From the NCBI GenBank assembly GCA_965659285.1, contig CBFHWB010000004.1, forward strand, positions 1 through 59,753: DNA of 59,753 nt, given 5' to 3'. The first letter of the stretch is position 1, and each line of letters opens with the position of its first letter. A model generated the notes under the pieces. The model was given only the letters and a program-made list of their open reading frames with translations, was not told the origin of the DNA and made no database searches. Origin of the DNA: Planctomycetota bacterium. GTDB lineage: Bacteria; Planctomycetota; UBA8108. This document shows, piece after piece, positions 40,587 through 49,890 of the stretch. The position numbers were made by a program, and so were the translations under genes.

Positions 40587-41987
40587 TCAGACCAGGCGCT
40601 TGAGAATTCGCGCGAGGTCTTCTTCGTCTCCATCGAGGAGGGTACGGAAATCCACCAGCACACGGTCCCCGTGGACCCGGGTGAACACCGGCGGGTTGGC
40701 TGACCTGAGAGCCTCGGAGAGCTTTCGGGGATTCAGCTCAGAGTGTTCGAGAGCCAGGGCCCAGCTGGGTATGGCCTGGTCGGGGAGTGAGCCGCTGCCG
40801 GTCTGCGCCGAGCTCTCAACCACTTCGAGATCCAGGCGGCCGGTGTCGTTACCAAGGTCGGCGGCGAAGGCATCCGCCCTGGCTTTCAGCTCCTGTGCCG
40901 GGAGGGAGAGCATTCGGAGAATAGGGATGTTCTCCTGCACCTTCTCGGGGTTGCGGTAGAGTCCAAGCGTAGCCTCCAGCAGGGTGAGGTTCACCTTGTC
41001 TACCCTCAGCGCGCGGAAGAGAGGATGGGCTCGGACCTTCTCGACCGCTGTTTTTTTTCCTACGATGATGCCGGCCTGCGGGCCGCCGAGCAATTTGTCA
41101 CCGCTGAAGCAGACGACCTCGGGGCCGGCCAGGACCTTGTCGCGAACCAGCGGCTCGTGCTCGAAGCCGAACTTCATCATGTCCAGGAAGCAGCCCGAGC
41201 CGAGATCGCTCGCAACCGGCAGTCCCTTGCTGGCGCCGAGCTCGACGAGGTCTTCCAGCGGCGTGTGATGGGCAAAGCCGCGGATCGCGTAATTGGAGGT
41301 GTGAACCTCGAGCAGCATTCCCGTATCCGGAGTGATCGCGGTTTCGAAATCTTCTGCGTAGGTCCGGTTTGTCGTTCCGACCTCGACCAGGCGGGCGCCG
41401 CTTTCCTTCATGATGTCGGGTACGCGGAAGGAACCGCCGATCTCAACGAGCTGGCCGCGCGAAACGATGACCTCCTTGCCCCGGGCAAAGGTGCCGAGTA
41501 TGAGCAATGTGGCGGCGGCGTTGTTGTTGACGACGGTGGCTGATTCCGCTCCGGTCAGCTCGCAGAGAACCTCCCTCAGCGCTCCCTCGCGCTGGTTTCG
41601 TTCTCCGCTGCGTCCATCTACCTCGACGATGGAATAGCCCGTATGATTGGCTCTGAAAGCATCGACCGCCGCGCTCGGGAGAACGGAGCGTCCGAGGCCT
41701 GTATGCAGGAGGACGCCGGTGCCGTTGATGACCTTACGGTACGAGGAGCGCAGGCGCGAGGCGAGAAGCCTTCGCAGGCGGCCCACGATGCCTTCCCGGG
41801 AGGCCAGCCGCTCGGCCCTGGCCGGGTCAAGGTTCTCGGAGAGGAGGGCGGCGCGGATTTCCTCCAGGGTGGAGCGCAGCACCCGGGTCAGTTCGGAGCG
41901 GGAATACCGCTCCGCGAGATCCTTGATCTCACGCCACTGAAGGGCTTTTTCGACCTGTGGAAGTGTCTTGAGCAGATTTTTAGTCAT
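40587..41987 (-). CDS. selA: L-seryl-tRNA(Sec) selenium transferase
   Basis: VINGTGVLLHTGLGRS, VNNNAAA, SRGQLVEIGGSFRVPD, HTSNY, DLGSG, FSGDKLLGGPQAG (PLP Lys), RALRVDK. Confidence 0.97.
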   Translation of the reverse strand: MTKNLLKTLPQVEKALQWREIKDLAERYSRSELTRVLRSTLEEIRAALLSENLDPARAERLASREGIVGRLRRLLASRLRSSYRKVINGTGVLLHTGLGRSVLPSAAVDAFRANHTGYSIVEVDGRSGERNQREGALREVLCELTGAESATVVNNNAAATLLILGTFARGKEVIVSRGQLVEIGGSFRVPDIMKESGARLVEVGTTNRTYAEDFETAITPDTGMLLEVHTSNYAIRGFAHHTPLEDLVELGASKGLPVASDLGSGCFLDMMKFGFEHEPLVRDKVLAGPEVVCFSGDKLLGGPQAGIIVGKKTAVEKVRAHPLFRALRVDKVNLTLLEATLGLYRNPEKVQENIPILRMLSLPAQELKARADAFAADLGNDTGRLDLEVVESSAQTGSGSLPDQAIPSWALALEHSELNPRKLSEALRSANPPVFTRVHGDRVLVDFRTLLDGDEEDLARILKRLV

Positions 41988-42062
41988 GTCACTGAAGTAT
42001 ATCTGTGAATCGCCTAAAAGACGAAATGACTTGTTTTCCGGAAATACACTTATCTTTTGGTG

Positions 42063-42091
42063 TTGACAACTTTTTCGGAACATAGAATACT
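42063..42091 (+). promoter_or_regulatory. Putative promoter for the HU gene
   Basis: TTGACA at 42063 followed by TAGAATACT in the AT-rich selA/hup divergent region; spacing is ambiguous. Confidence 0.4.
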
Positions 42092-42188
42092 GCCCGTCAG
42101 TGGAGATTAGAGGGTTTCCTCGCACCCCTGCGGGAAAACCTGCTGTTTAAGCCAATTGTTCACGCCGTCAGGCGAGAGGAGTGAAGAG

Positions 42189-42656
42189 ATGAACAAGGCT
42201 GGTGTAATTGATGCTGTTGCGAAGTCGTTGGACTGTAGCAAAAGCAGCGCGGATGTTTACGTAAACACAATCCTTGAAACGATTAAGGAGGGTGTTAGGG
42301 ATACGGGCAAAGTGCAGCTAATGGGATTCGGAACCTTTGAGGCGAGGCAGACCAAAGCCCGAGAAGGTCGCAATCCTCGCACTGGCGAGCCGATGATGAT
42401 CAAGGCTTCAACTCGTTGCGCCTTCAAGGTCGGCAAGCAGTTCAAGGAGATGCTTTGCGCTAAAACTCTTGAAACTGAGGCGGCCGCTGAAGCAGCTCCG
42501 GTTGTTGAGATTCCTGCGACTCCAGCTCCCATGCCAGAGACCCCGGTCGCTGAGACAGCCCCTGAGCCGGCTCCAGTCGAGACGGCCCCGACAGAGGTTG
42601 CTCAAACCGAGACGGCAGCGGAGCCGACTACTTCTACGTGGTCGTATACCGACTGA
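42189..42656 (+). CDS. hup: HU/IHF-family DNA-binding protein with long acidic C-terminal tail
   Basis: MNKAGVI...GFGTFE...AREGRNPRTGE...FKVGKQFK; GAGGAG RBS. Confidence 0.92.
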   Translation: MNKAGVIDAVAKSLDCSKSSADVYVNTILETIKEGVRDTGKVQLMGFGTFEARQTKAREGRNPRTGEPMMIKASTRCAFKVGKQFKEMLCAKTLETEAAAEAAPVVEIPATPAPMPETPVAETAPEPAPVETAPTEVAQTETAAEPTTSTWSYTD

Positions 42657-42674
42657 GATTGGGCCGGTCGAGGC

Positions 42675-44990
42675 TCAAAGCATCGACTGGGGATCGACGT
42701 CGAGGAGCAGGTCGACGCCTCTGCGAGGTTTCAGCTTGTCCTCGACGCGCTCCAGGAGTTGCTGGTTAACGGCGCTCGTAGGAGATTTGATCAAGATCTG
42801 TATACGGAACTTGCCCTGGAGTCTGGTTAGGGGGGCGGGTGCCGGACCAAGAATCCGGGGACGGGATGCGACAGCTCCCGTCCCGGTTTTTTTCAGGTCG
42901 GAAAGGCCGCCCTGGTCTTTGTTCGTTTTGCTGGTGCCGGTAGCGGCTGCTTCTCTGAGCAGCTTCGCGATCCTGGAGGCTTCTTCACAGACAGCCTCTT
43001 CCTGCTTGCCGCTCAGCAGGATCTTCACCAGGCGGCCGAAGGGGGGATAGCCGAGTGTCCTTCGGTACTCGAGCTCCTTGCGGCAGAATTTTTCGTCCTC
43101 TCCATTTGCCGCGCTGGCGATCGCGTAATGTCCAGGTGAGAAGGTCTGGATGATCGCGAGACCCCGCTCCTCTCCGCGTCCGGCCCGGCCGGCAACCTGG
43201 GTCAGCAGTTGCCAGGTCCGCTCCGCGGCTCTGAAATCGGGAAAATGAAGCCCCGTGTCCGCCAGCAGGATGCCGACGAGATTGACTCCGGGGAAGTCAT
43301 GGCCTTTGGCCACCATCTGGGTTCCCACGAGGATGTCGTATTCGCCGCGGGAGAAGGCGCCAAGCGCCTCCTTGAGCAGTTGGTGGTTTCTTACGGTGTC
43401 CCTGTCGAGACGCAGAACCCGCGCATCCGGAAAACGCCGCGAGATCTCAGCCACCACCTTCTCCGTGCCAACCCCGCTGTGTCTCAGCTTTTCTGAGCGG
43501 CAGTCGGGACATTGGCGGGGAATCATCTGCTTCAGGTCGCAGTAGTGGCAGCGCAGCAGGTTCTCTTTTCGATGGAGGGTGAGGCTCACATCGCATTCAT
43601 CGCAGTTGAGGACGCAGCCGCATTCAAGGCAGTGGAGGTAGGTGGTGAAGCCGCGGCGGTTGAGATAGAGGATACTCTGGGCGCCGCGCTCGAGCTCCTT
43701 GCGGACCATCATGTCGAGCTCGCGGGAGACCAGGCCGCTGCCGTCAGGGTTGTAGAACCTGCCGTCGAGCTGGACGACATGGGTTCTCGGCAGGCCGTGG
43801 GTGGTCGCCCTGCGCGGCAGTCTGAGCAGCCCGTATTTGCCTTCTCGGGCGTTGTGAAGCGACTCGAGTGCCGGTGTGGCGGAGCCGAGAACGACGTTCG
43901 CCTCGAGCAACTTGCCGCGCAGCACCGCGACATCCCTGGCATGATACCTGGGCGAGGTATCCTGCTTGTAGCTTGATTCGTGTTCTTCGTCGACCACGAT
44001 CAGTTCGAGGTCCGGGATCGGGGCGAAGATGGCCGATCTCGCGCCGATCACCACATCGGCCAGCCCCTCCTGGATATTTCGCCACTGGCTGGTTCGTTCG
44101 TTCGGCGTCAGCATGCTGTGCAGTACGGCCACCCGGTGGCCCGGGAGGGCGCGCTTGAAGCGCAGGACCGTCTGCGGGGTCAGCGAGATCTCGGGTACGA
44201 GGACGAGGCCTCTTCCTCCCCTGTCCAGTACCCGCCGCAGAGCCCTGAGATAGACCTCGGTCTTGCCGCTTCCGGAGACTCCATGCAGAAGCCAGGTCTT
44301 GAACCCGCCCTCATCGAGGCTCGCCTCCAGCGCCGCGAGCGCGGCTGCCTGGTCGGCGTTGAGATCCGGCTCCTCGCGTGGTGTGAGGTTGGCGGTTTCT
44401 GTTCCGTATGGATCAAGCCGCAGGATCCTGGATTTTTCCTCGAGCCAGCCGTTCTCCTTCAGCCGGTTGAGGCTCGCGGCCGCGGCGTTCGCCTCCTTGA
44501 GCAGGCGTCCCCGCTCGAAGGCCCGATCCGGGGAGCCTTTTTCAGCCAGCTTCTCCAGGATGCGCGCCTGGGCCGCCGCCTTCTTGCGGAGCTTCTCCGC
44601 CTCAGCTCGGAGCTTTTCCGGTTCCTTCAGAGCGAAGACCTCGCGAACCTTCTGCTCCTTCGCCTTTCCTGAGCGGATGGCGGGGGGAAGGGCGGTCTCC
44701 AGAACCTCTCCCCAGCTGACTCGATAATAGGAGGAGATCCACCTGGTGAGCTCGAGCAGGTGCTCGTCAAAGCGGCATTCCGGATGCAGGATGCTCGTGA
44801 TGGGCTTGAGCTTAGGAACCTCGCTCTCGCGAGGGAAGCCGACGCAAACCCCCGTTACCGTACGGGGGCCGAAGGGTATGAGTACGCGATGCCCCCGCAG
44901 CAGCTCAACCTCCAGGTTGTCGGGAATGCTGTAATGGAAGGAGCGCAGCAGGGGGGCGTTGACCACGACTTCGGCGATAGAGGCTGCCAT
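42675..44990 (-). CDS. priA: Primosomal protein N' (replication restart helicase)
   Basis: GVSGSGKTEVY, VPEISLTPQ, DEEHE, GSATP, four CxxC, KGHDFP, QVAGRAGR, DVDP. Confidence 0.97.
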   Translation of the reverse strand: MAASIAEVVVNAPLLRSFHYSIPDNLEVELLRGHRVLIPFGPRTVTGVCVGFPRESEVPKLKPITSILHPECRFDEHLLELTRWISSYYRVSWGEVLETALPPAIRSGKAKEQKVREVFALKEPEKLRAEAEKLRKKAAAQARILEKLAEKGSPDRAFERGRLLKEANAAAASLNRLKENGWLEEKSRILRLDPYGTETANLTPREEPDLNADQAAALAALEASLDEGGFKTWLLHGVSGSGKTEVYLRALRRVLDRGGRGLVLVPEISLTPQTVLRFKRALPGHRVAVLHSMLTPNERTSQWRNIQEGLADVVIGARSAIFAPIPDLELIVVDEEHESSYKQDTSPRYHARDVAVLRGKLLEANVVLGSATPALESLHNAREGKYGLLRLPRRATTHGLPRTHVVQLDGRFYNPDGSGLVSRELDMMVRKELERGAQSILYLNRRGFTTYLHCLECGCVLNCDECDVSLTLHRKENLLRCHYCDLKQMIPRQCPDCRSEKLRHSGVGTEKVVAEISRRFPDARVLRLDRDTVRNHQLLKEALGAFSRGEYDILVGTQMVAKGHDFPGVNLVGILLADTGLHFPDFRAAERTWQLLTQVAGRAGRGEERGLAIIQTFSPGHYAIASAANGEDEKFCRKELEYRRTLGYPPFGRLVKILLSGKQEEAVCEEASRIAKLLREAAATGTSKTNKDQGGLSDLKKTGTGAVASRPRILGPAPAPLTRLQGKFRIQILIKSPTSAVNQQLLERVEDKLKPRRGVDLLLDVDPQSML

Positions 44991-46174
44991 CAGTCGTCGC
45001 TCCCCGGGCTTCCGCCCTCGGAGGTCTCCCCGATGATCTGCAGGTAGAAGTCTTCGTAGGTGTCGACGATCCTGCTGGGCTCGAACTCGTTTCGCGCCCT
45101 CTCCCGGGCAGCGGCGGAGAATCGGGTGATTTTCTGTTTATCGCCAAGCAACTCGGCGGCTCGTTCGGCCATCGTCTTGACGTCCCCGACCTCGCAGAGG
45201 TAGCCGCATTTTCCATCTTCGATCACCTCGGGCAGGCCGCCTGTCCTGCTGGCGACAACAGGCACTCCGCACGCCATCGCTTCGAGGGCAGCGAGACCGA
45301 AGCTTTCGTATTCACTCGGCAGGAGGAAGAGGTCGAGCTGGGAGAGAACCTCGGGAATTTTGTCTACAGGTCCCAGGAAGGTGATGTGCTCCAGGATGCC
45401 GAGCTCGGCTGCCAGGTTGCGGGCGGGCTCGAGGTCGACACCTTCCCCGATCATCAGCAGGCGGGCCGGGAGGCTCCTGTGAAGGATGTGGAAGGTCCTG
45501 ATCACATCCAGCACTCGTTTTACCGGGCGAAAGTTGGAGATGTGTCCGAGGAGAAATTCACCCGGCCGTGCGAAGGCGGAGCGTCGCGACTGCGAGCGAA
45601 GCTCAGGAGTGAATTTATTCGAATCGACGAAGTTCGGGATGATCTTGACTGGGCGGCCTGTGCTGAAGCGTCGCAGGGTCTCCCCGGCAAGCTGGTCGCT
45701 CACGGCGGTGATTCCATCGGATTGATCCAGGCTGAAGCGGGTGATCTCGAAGAAGGAATTGTCGAGTCCCACGAGGGTGATATCCGTCCCATGCAGCGTG
45801 GTAATCGTCGCCGGCCTCTGCTCAGGTGGGAGCATCTGCGTGCAGAGCCAGGCCGCGACGGCATGCGGGATGGCGTAGTGTACGTGGAGGACGTCGAGCG
45901 GCTGCTTGCGGCAGACCTCGGCAAGCTTGGTGGCGAGGGCCAGGGTATAGGGCGGGTATTTGAAGAGGGGATAGGAGGTCACCTCGACCTCGTGGAAGAA
46001 TGTGTTGGGATGGGCGTCGGGGACGCGGAAGGGAAGCGAGTGGCTGAAGAAGTGGACATGGTGTCCCCTGGCCGCGAGCTCGAGACCGAGCTCCGAGGCG
46101 ACAACGCCGCTTCCTCCGTAGGCCGGGTGGCAGACGATGCCGAGATTCAGTTTTCTTCGCGAAGATTCTTCCAC
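44990..46174 (-). CDS. bshA: N-acetyl-alpha-D-glucosaminyl L-malate synthase
   Basis: CHPAYGGSGVVASELG, YPLFKYPPY, HVHYAIPHA, TTLHGTDITLVG, SNFRPVKR, ESFGLAALEAM; probable GTG start. Confidence 0.95.
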   Translation of the reverse strand: MEESSRRKLNLGIVCHPAYGGSGVVASELGLELAARGHHVHFFSHSLPFRVPDAHPNTFFHEVEVTSYPLFKYPPYTLALATKLAEVCRKQPLDVLHVHYAIPHAVAAWLCTQMLPPEQRPATITTLHGTDITLVGLDNSFFEITRFSLDQSDGITAVSDQLAGETLRRFSTGRPVKIIPNFVDSNKFTPELRSQSRRSAFARPGEFLLGHISNFRPVKRVLDVIRTFHILHRSLPARLLMIGEGVDLEPARNLAAELGILEHITFLGPVDKIPEVLSQLDLFLLPSEYESFGLAALEAMACGVPVVASRTGGLPEVIEDGKCGYLCEVGDVKTMAERAAELLGDKQKITRFSAAARERARNEFEPSRIVDTYEDFYLQIIGETSEGGSPGSDD

Positions 46175-46947
46175 GGGACAACCGAGTATTGATGTACGGG
46201 ATCTGAGACAGGCACCGGCATCGGGCTGGTAAAGCCCTCGCCGTAGCTGGCGCCGATAAAGAAGCCGAAGTGACGGAGACCGCCCTCGACCCAATCGTTG
46301 AATTCCGGATGTGATATTCGCGTTTGCGGTTCGCAGGAGTCATCGCTGTGGAATTGCGATTCGTAGCAGGCGATGGCTCTCTTGCGGGTCTCGTAGACCT
46401 CGCTGATGTCAACCACCAGCGAGGGGATGCCCGGGCGGGTTCCCATCGTGTGGAGAAGGGTATTCGGCCGCCAGGGTTCGAGCTCGGGCAGGTATTTCCC
46501 GATTCCACCGAGGTAGAAGCTCTCATCTACAATCCGCGCCACGGCCATGTGGTCGGGATGATGGTCCCTCAGCGCCGGAGCGATGACCACTTTCGGGCGC
46601 AGAAGGCGCAGCAGGCGAACGACTTCCTTGCGTGTATCGAGAGAGTCCTCGATGCGGCCATCGGGCAGGCCCAGGTTGATGCGGCAGCTGAGACCAAGCT
46701 CCCGGGCCGCGGCCTCTGCCTCCCGGTCCCGGTCTTCGGGAGTTCCCCTGGTAGCCAGCTCGCCGCGGCTGAAGTCGACCACGGCGGCGCGCGAGCCCCT
46801 GGCCACCGCGAGCGCGAGGGTGCCGCCGCATTGCAGCTCGGCATCATCCGGGTGGGCCATGAAGGCGACGATGTCGCATTCTGTGGGCTCTCTGAGTACA
46901 GTTCCTTCTGGCATTGTCTTCCGCTCCTGGCGCTTGCCGGCATCCAC
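46147..46947 (-). CDS. bshB1: Bacillithiol biosynthesis deacetylase
   Basis: AHPDDAELQCGG, RGELATRG, HHPDH, YESQF; adjacent to bshA. Confidence 0.9.
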   Translation of the reverse strand: MDAGKRQERKTMPEGTVLREPTECDIVAFMAHPDDAELQCGGTLALAVARGSRAAVVDFSRGELATRGTPEDRDREAEAAARELGLSCRINLGLPDGRIEDSLDTRKEVVRLLRLLRPKVVIAPALRDHHPDHMAVARIVDESFYLGGIGKYLPELEPWRPNTLLHTMGTRPGIPSLVVDISEVYETRKRAIACYESQFHSDDSCEPQTRISHPEFNDWVEGGLRHFGFFIGASYGEGFTSPMPVPVSDPVHQYSVVPWKNLREEN

Positions 46948-47026
46948 GCGATTACTTCAAGACCGTAGCATAAAGCAACGGCGGACGAATTCAACATAGC
47001 GAACCGCCGCGGCCGGAGAAGGTTGA

Positions 47027-48619
47027 TCAGGAATCGAATTCGATCAACCGATGGGAGAGCGAGAAGGGATCCCTGCCGATCTCTTCCAGGGCGGTTTCGA
47101 TCCACTCCGTTCCGTATTCGGCGATGGGCTGGAGGAAGCCCCAGCGCCGCTCCTGGAGCCTGCCGTCCGGCAGGATCTGGTTCCAGGCGGCGCAGGCTCT
47201 CTCCCAGGCCGCCGGGTCGCCTCGGGCCTGCAGCTTCCTGATCCGGCCCGCGAGGCGGGCAAGGGATTCCTGCGCCGTTCTCAGTCCCCGTTCGACGCCC
47301 CTGGAGCCTGGATTCTCAGTTTCGAGATCACTGCCGAGCGATGAGAGCCGCTCACGGATGGCGCGCAGCTCCTCGAGCTCACCGCGTTCATCCGCGTGGG
47401 AGACGAGATCTTCCGGGTTGAGCGCCGCGGCGAGGCTTCCGCCATCGAGCTCGAGCTCTCTCCAGGCTTGCCGGCCTTCACCGGTGAGCAGTGTGGCCTG
47501 GAACCGAAGAAGGATTCGCGGTTTCTTGACCCCTAACCATTTGCTGAGCGGTCCCAGCTGGGCAAAGTAGCCGACCTCGGCCGGTCCGCCCACGGTGGTG
47601 AGTGAAGGCAGCAGGTAATCCTGTATCAGCGGACGGAGAAGAGCTCCGGAAGAGAAGCTCCCGGGCTCCCTGTCCAGCAGTTCGAGCAGTTCCTCCCGGT
47701 CGAATTGAGGGCCCCCTCCATCTACAACGAGCCCGTTTTCTCCAGGGCTCAGATGGTCTCTGCTTCCCTCGCGAAGGACGAAGAGCGGGAGCCTTGATGC
47801 GACGAAGGGCTTCAGGCCGGCTCCTGACAGCTCCTCCGATCCTTTCTCGATCTGGTTGATGACTTCCCCTGGATCTTCGATGCAGCGTCGGATGAGGGGC
47901 TTTGAAAGCGGCCGGAGCTTCTCGGGATCGAGGAAGAGGAGCCCATAGCGTCCCAGGAGACCCGCCAGGAGAGCCGCGAAACCAGCGGCCACGCTGCGGC
48001 CGCGGTATTGAGAGGCCAGCTCTTCCACCAGGCTGGAGTGGGGGAGGTCACTGATCGCGGAGAGGAATTCATCAATCACGGCCTCACTAGGAGGATCGAT
48101 GACAAGCTCGCTGAGCGGGGCTCGTCCGGCTGGATGCGGAAGCTCGAAGGTCTCTCCCGAAGGAAGACGGTGGCAGCGGACCTCATCTATATCGTGGTCT
48201 TCACCGGCGACCCAGAAGATGGGGACGCAGGCCCGGCCGCATTTCGCCTCCACCCATCTCGACAGGGCGATAGTGGTGAGGGCCTTGTAGAGAACGTAGA
48301 GGGGACCTCCGAGAAATCCCGGCTGCTGGCCGGTGACGACGCAGAGCGTGTCGTTCCGCGCGAGACGCTCCAGGGCGGCCATCGACTCAGGCGTCTCGGG
48401 CAGGCGCCAGTCCTCGCAGGTGCTCTTGAAGGCGGCTACAAGCCCCTCGCGGTCCGGCGCGCCGTCCGCGGCTCGTTTCCGGCAGTCCTCGTCCGAGAGG
48501 TTTCGCAGCGTCAACTCTTCGCGGACAAGGGGGAACCAGCTTTCGGCATCCGGGGTCGGCAGCACCGGTCGGTATTGGGGACGGTTGTACCAGCTGAGCG
48601 GAAGACTGTGGATTTTCAT
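47027..48619 (-). CDS. bshC: Bacillithiol biosynthesis cysteine-adding enzyme
   Basis: VVTGQQPGFLGGPLYVLYKA, PIFWVAGEDHDIDEV, LLRPLIQDYLLP...GGPAEVGYFAQ, LQERR. Confidence 0.93.
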   Translation of the reverse strand: MKIHSLPLSWYNRPQYRPVLPTPDAESWFPLVREELTLRNLSDEDCRKRAADGAPDREGLVAAFKSTCEDWRLPETPESMAALERLARNDTLCVVTGQQPGFLGGPLYVLYKALTTIALSRWVEAKCGRACVPIFWVAGEDHDIDEVRCHRLPSGETFELPHPAGRAPLSELVIDPPSEAVIDEFLSAISDLPHSSLVEELASQYRGRSVAAGFAALLAGLLGRYGLLFLDPEKLRPLSKPLIRRCIEDPGEVINQIEKGSEELSGAGLKPFVASRLPLFVLREGSRDHLSPGENGLVVDGGGPQFDREELLELLDREPGSFSSGALLRPLIQDYLLPSLTTVGGPAEVGYFAQLGPLSKWLGVKKPRILLRFQATLLTGEGRQAWRELELDGGSLAAALNPEDLVSHADERGELEELRAIRERLSSLGSDLETENPGSRGVERGLRTAQESLARLAGRIRKLQARGDPAAWERACAAWNQILPDGRLQERRWGFLQPIAEYGTEWIETALEEIGRDPFSLSHRLIEFDS

Positions 48620-49356
48620 GAGCGCGCTCCGTAGAGGACCATTCGCGGACTGTTCGCGTGAAAATCTCCGCCCTCGAAATCACCGCAGATCTTCTCAACC
48701 TCGAGCCCGCTGGGGGAGAGGATAGAGAGGAGCTCCTCCTGTTCGTAGATTCTTACCGATTCCCGATAGCGGCGGTTCTCTCCGCTAACGGTATCCAGCA
48801 GGTTGATTCTCTTGTTGATACGTCGGGTCTCATCGTCGAACCAGCGCTCTTCCCTGATTTCGAAGAGACCCTCTGCTCGCAGACTCTCGGGGACGGGCGA
48901 GACGGCGCTGAGTGGATTGATCAGGTCGATGAGGAAGCGTCCCGCGGGGCGGAGAACCCTGGCGATCTCTTCGATGACCATCAGGTTGCCCTGCTCGGAT
49001 TCAAAGTAGCCGAAGCTGGTGAAAAAATTTAACAGCACCGTGAAGCTCTCCCCGGCGAAAGGAAGCGCCCGCATATCGGCCCTGAAGAGAGAGCCTGCCC
49101 CCCGGCGGGCGGCGTCAGCCAGGAGCGCCAGCGAAAGATCGACCCCCGTGGCCCGGATGCTCCTGCGGGCGAAGGCTTCGAGGTGGCGTCCATGTCCGCA
49201 GCAGAGATCGAGGACCGTATCGCCCGGCCGGATACCAAGCCGCTCGGAGGCGAAGGCTGCCTGCGTCTCGGCCTCCTCATCGCTTCTCGCGGCGTAGAGG
49301 GTTCTGTAGTCTTCGTTGAAGTGCTGGCGATACCAGTCGGTGTCGGTCGATTCCAT
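48616..49356 (-). CDS. Class I SAM-dependent methyltransferase, candidate bacillithiol N-methyltransferase (NmbA-like)
   Basis: LDLCCGHGRH (motif I), GVDLS, ADMR, FTSFGYF, ESVRIY, SPRM; ATGA overlap with bshC. Confidence 0.85.
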   Translation of the reverse strand: MESTDTDWYRQHFNEDYRTLYAARSDEEAETQAAFASERLGIRPGDTVLDLCCGHGRHLEAFARRSIRATGVDLSLALLADAARRGAGSLFRADMRALPFAGESFTVLLNFFTSFGYFESEQGNLMVIEEIARVLRPAGRFLIDLINPLSAVSPVPESLRAEGLFEIREERWFDDETRRINKRINLLDTVSGENRRYRESVRIYEQEELLSILSPSGLEVEKICGDFEGGDFHANSPRMVLYGARS

Positions 49357-49530
49357 TTCTGCATTTTAACCCGGCTTCCGTTCGTGACCAGTCCGCATTG
49401 CCGGAGGCTTTCGAGAGGTCGCCTGATTTGAAGCGGGGGACTGAAGTCTCTTGACCAGCCTCGGATATTGAAGTACGAGTATCCCTGTTCAGCAGACATT
49501 ATTTGGGCATAGACCGCGAGAGATATTGCC

Positions 49531-49824
49531 ATGGCATTGAGTATCAACGTTTCCGACAAGGTTCTTGCCGGATTGAACCAGTCCTACACGATCACCAGTG
49601 ACAGTGGAGAGCCGGCCGGCCAGGTGGCTGTTGACGGAGTGGAGCTTGCCCATCGGATCATCCCTCTCGGTCCCCCCAAGGATACGGAGTCCTGCGCTCC
49701 GCTTGATTACAAGTACAAGGTCACCTTCTTCCTGCCTCCGGACACCGTAGGGCAGCAACTCGAGCTGAAGTTCGCCGCCGGCGAATCAGAGGCGGCCGAA
49801 AATCACGAGGTCATCCCGGAGTAG
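49531..49824 (+). CDS. Hypothetical protein (97 aa, beta-strand-rich)
   Basis: Clean ORF with host-like codon usage, divergent from the bsh operon. Confidence 0.65.
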   Translation: MALSINVSDKVLAGLNQSYTITSDSGEPAGQVAVDGVELAHRIIPLGPPKDTESCAPLDYKYKVTFFLPPDTVGQQLELKFAAGESEAAENHEVIPE

Positions 49825-49890
49825 AACGCTCCAGGCTCGACTCTCCCCTCTCTCAAGTCCGCAGCGCGACGACGCGGGAGTCCTTTTCGT

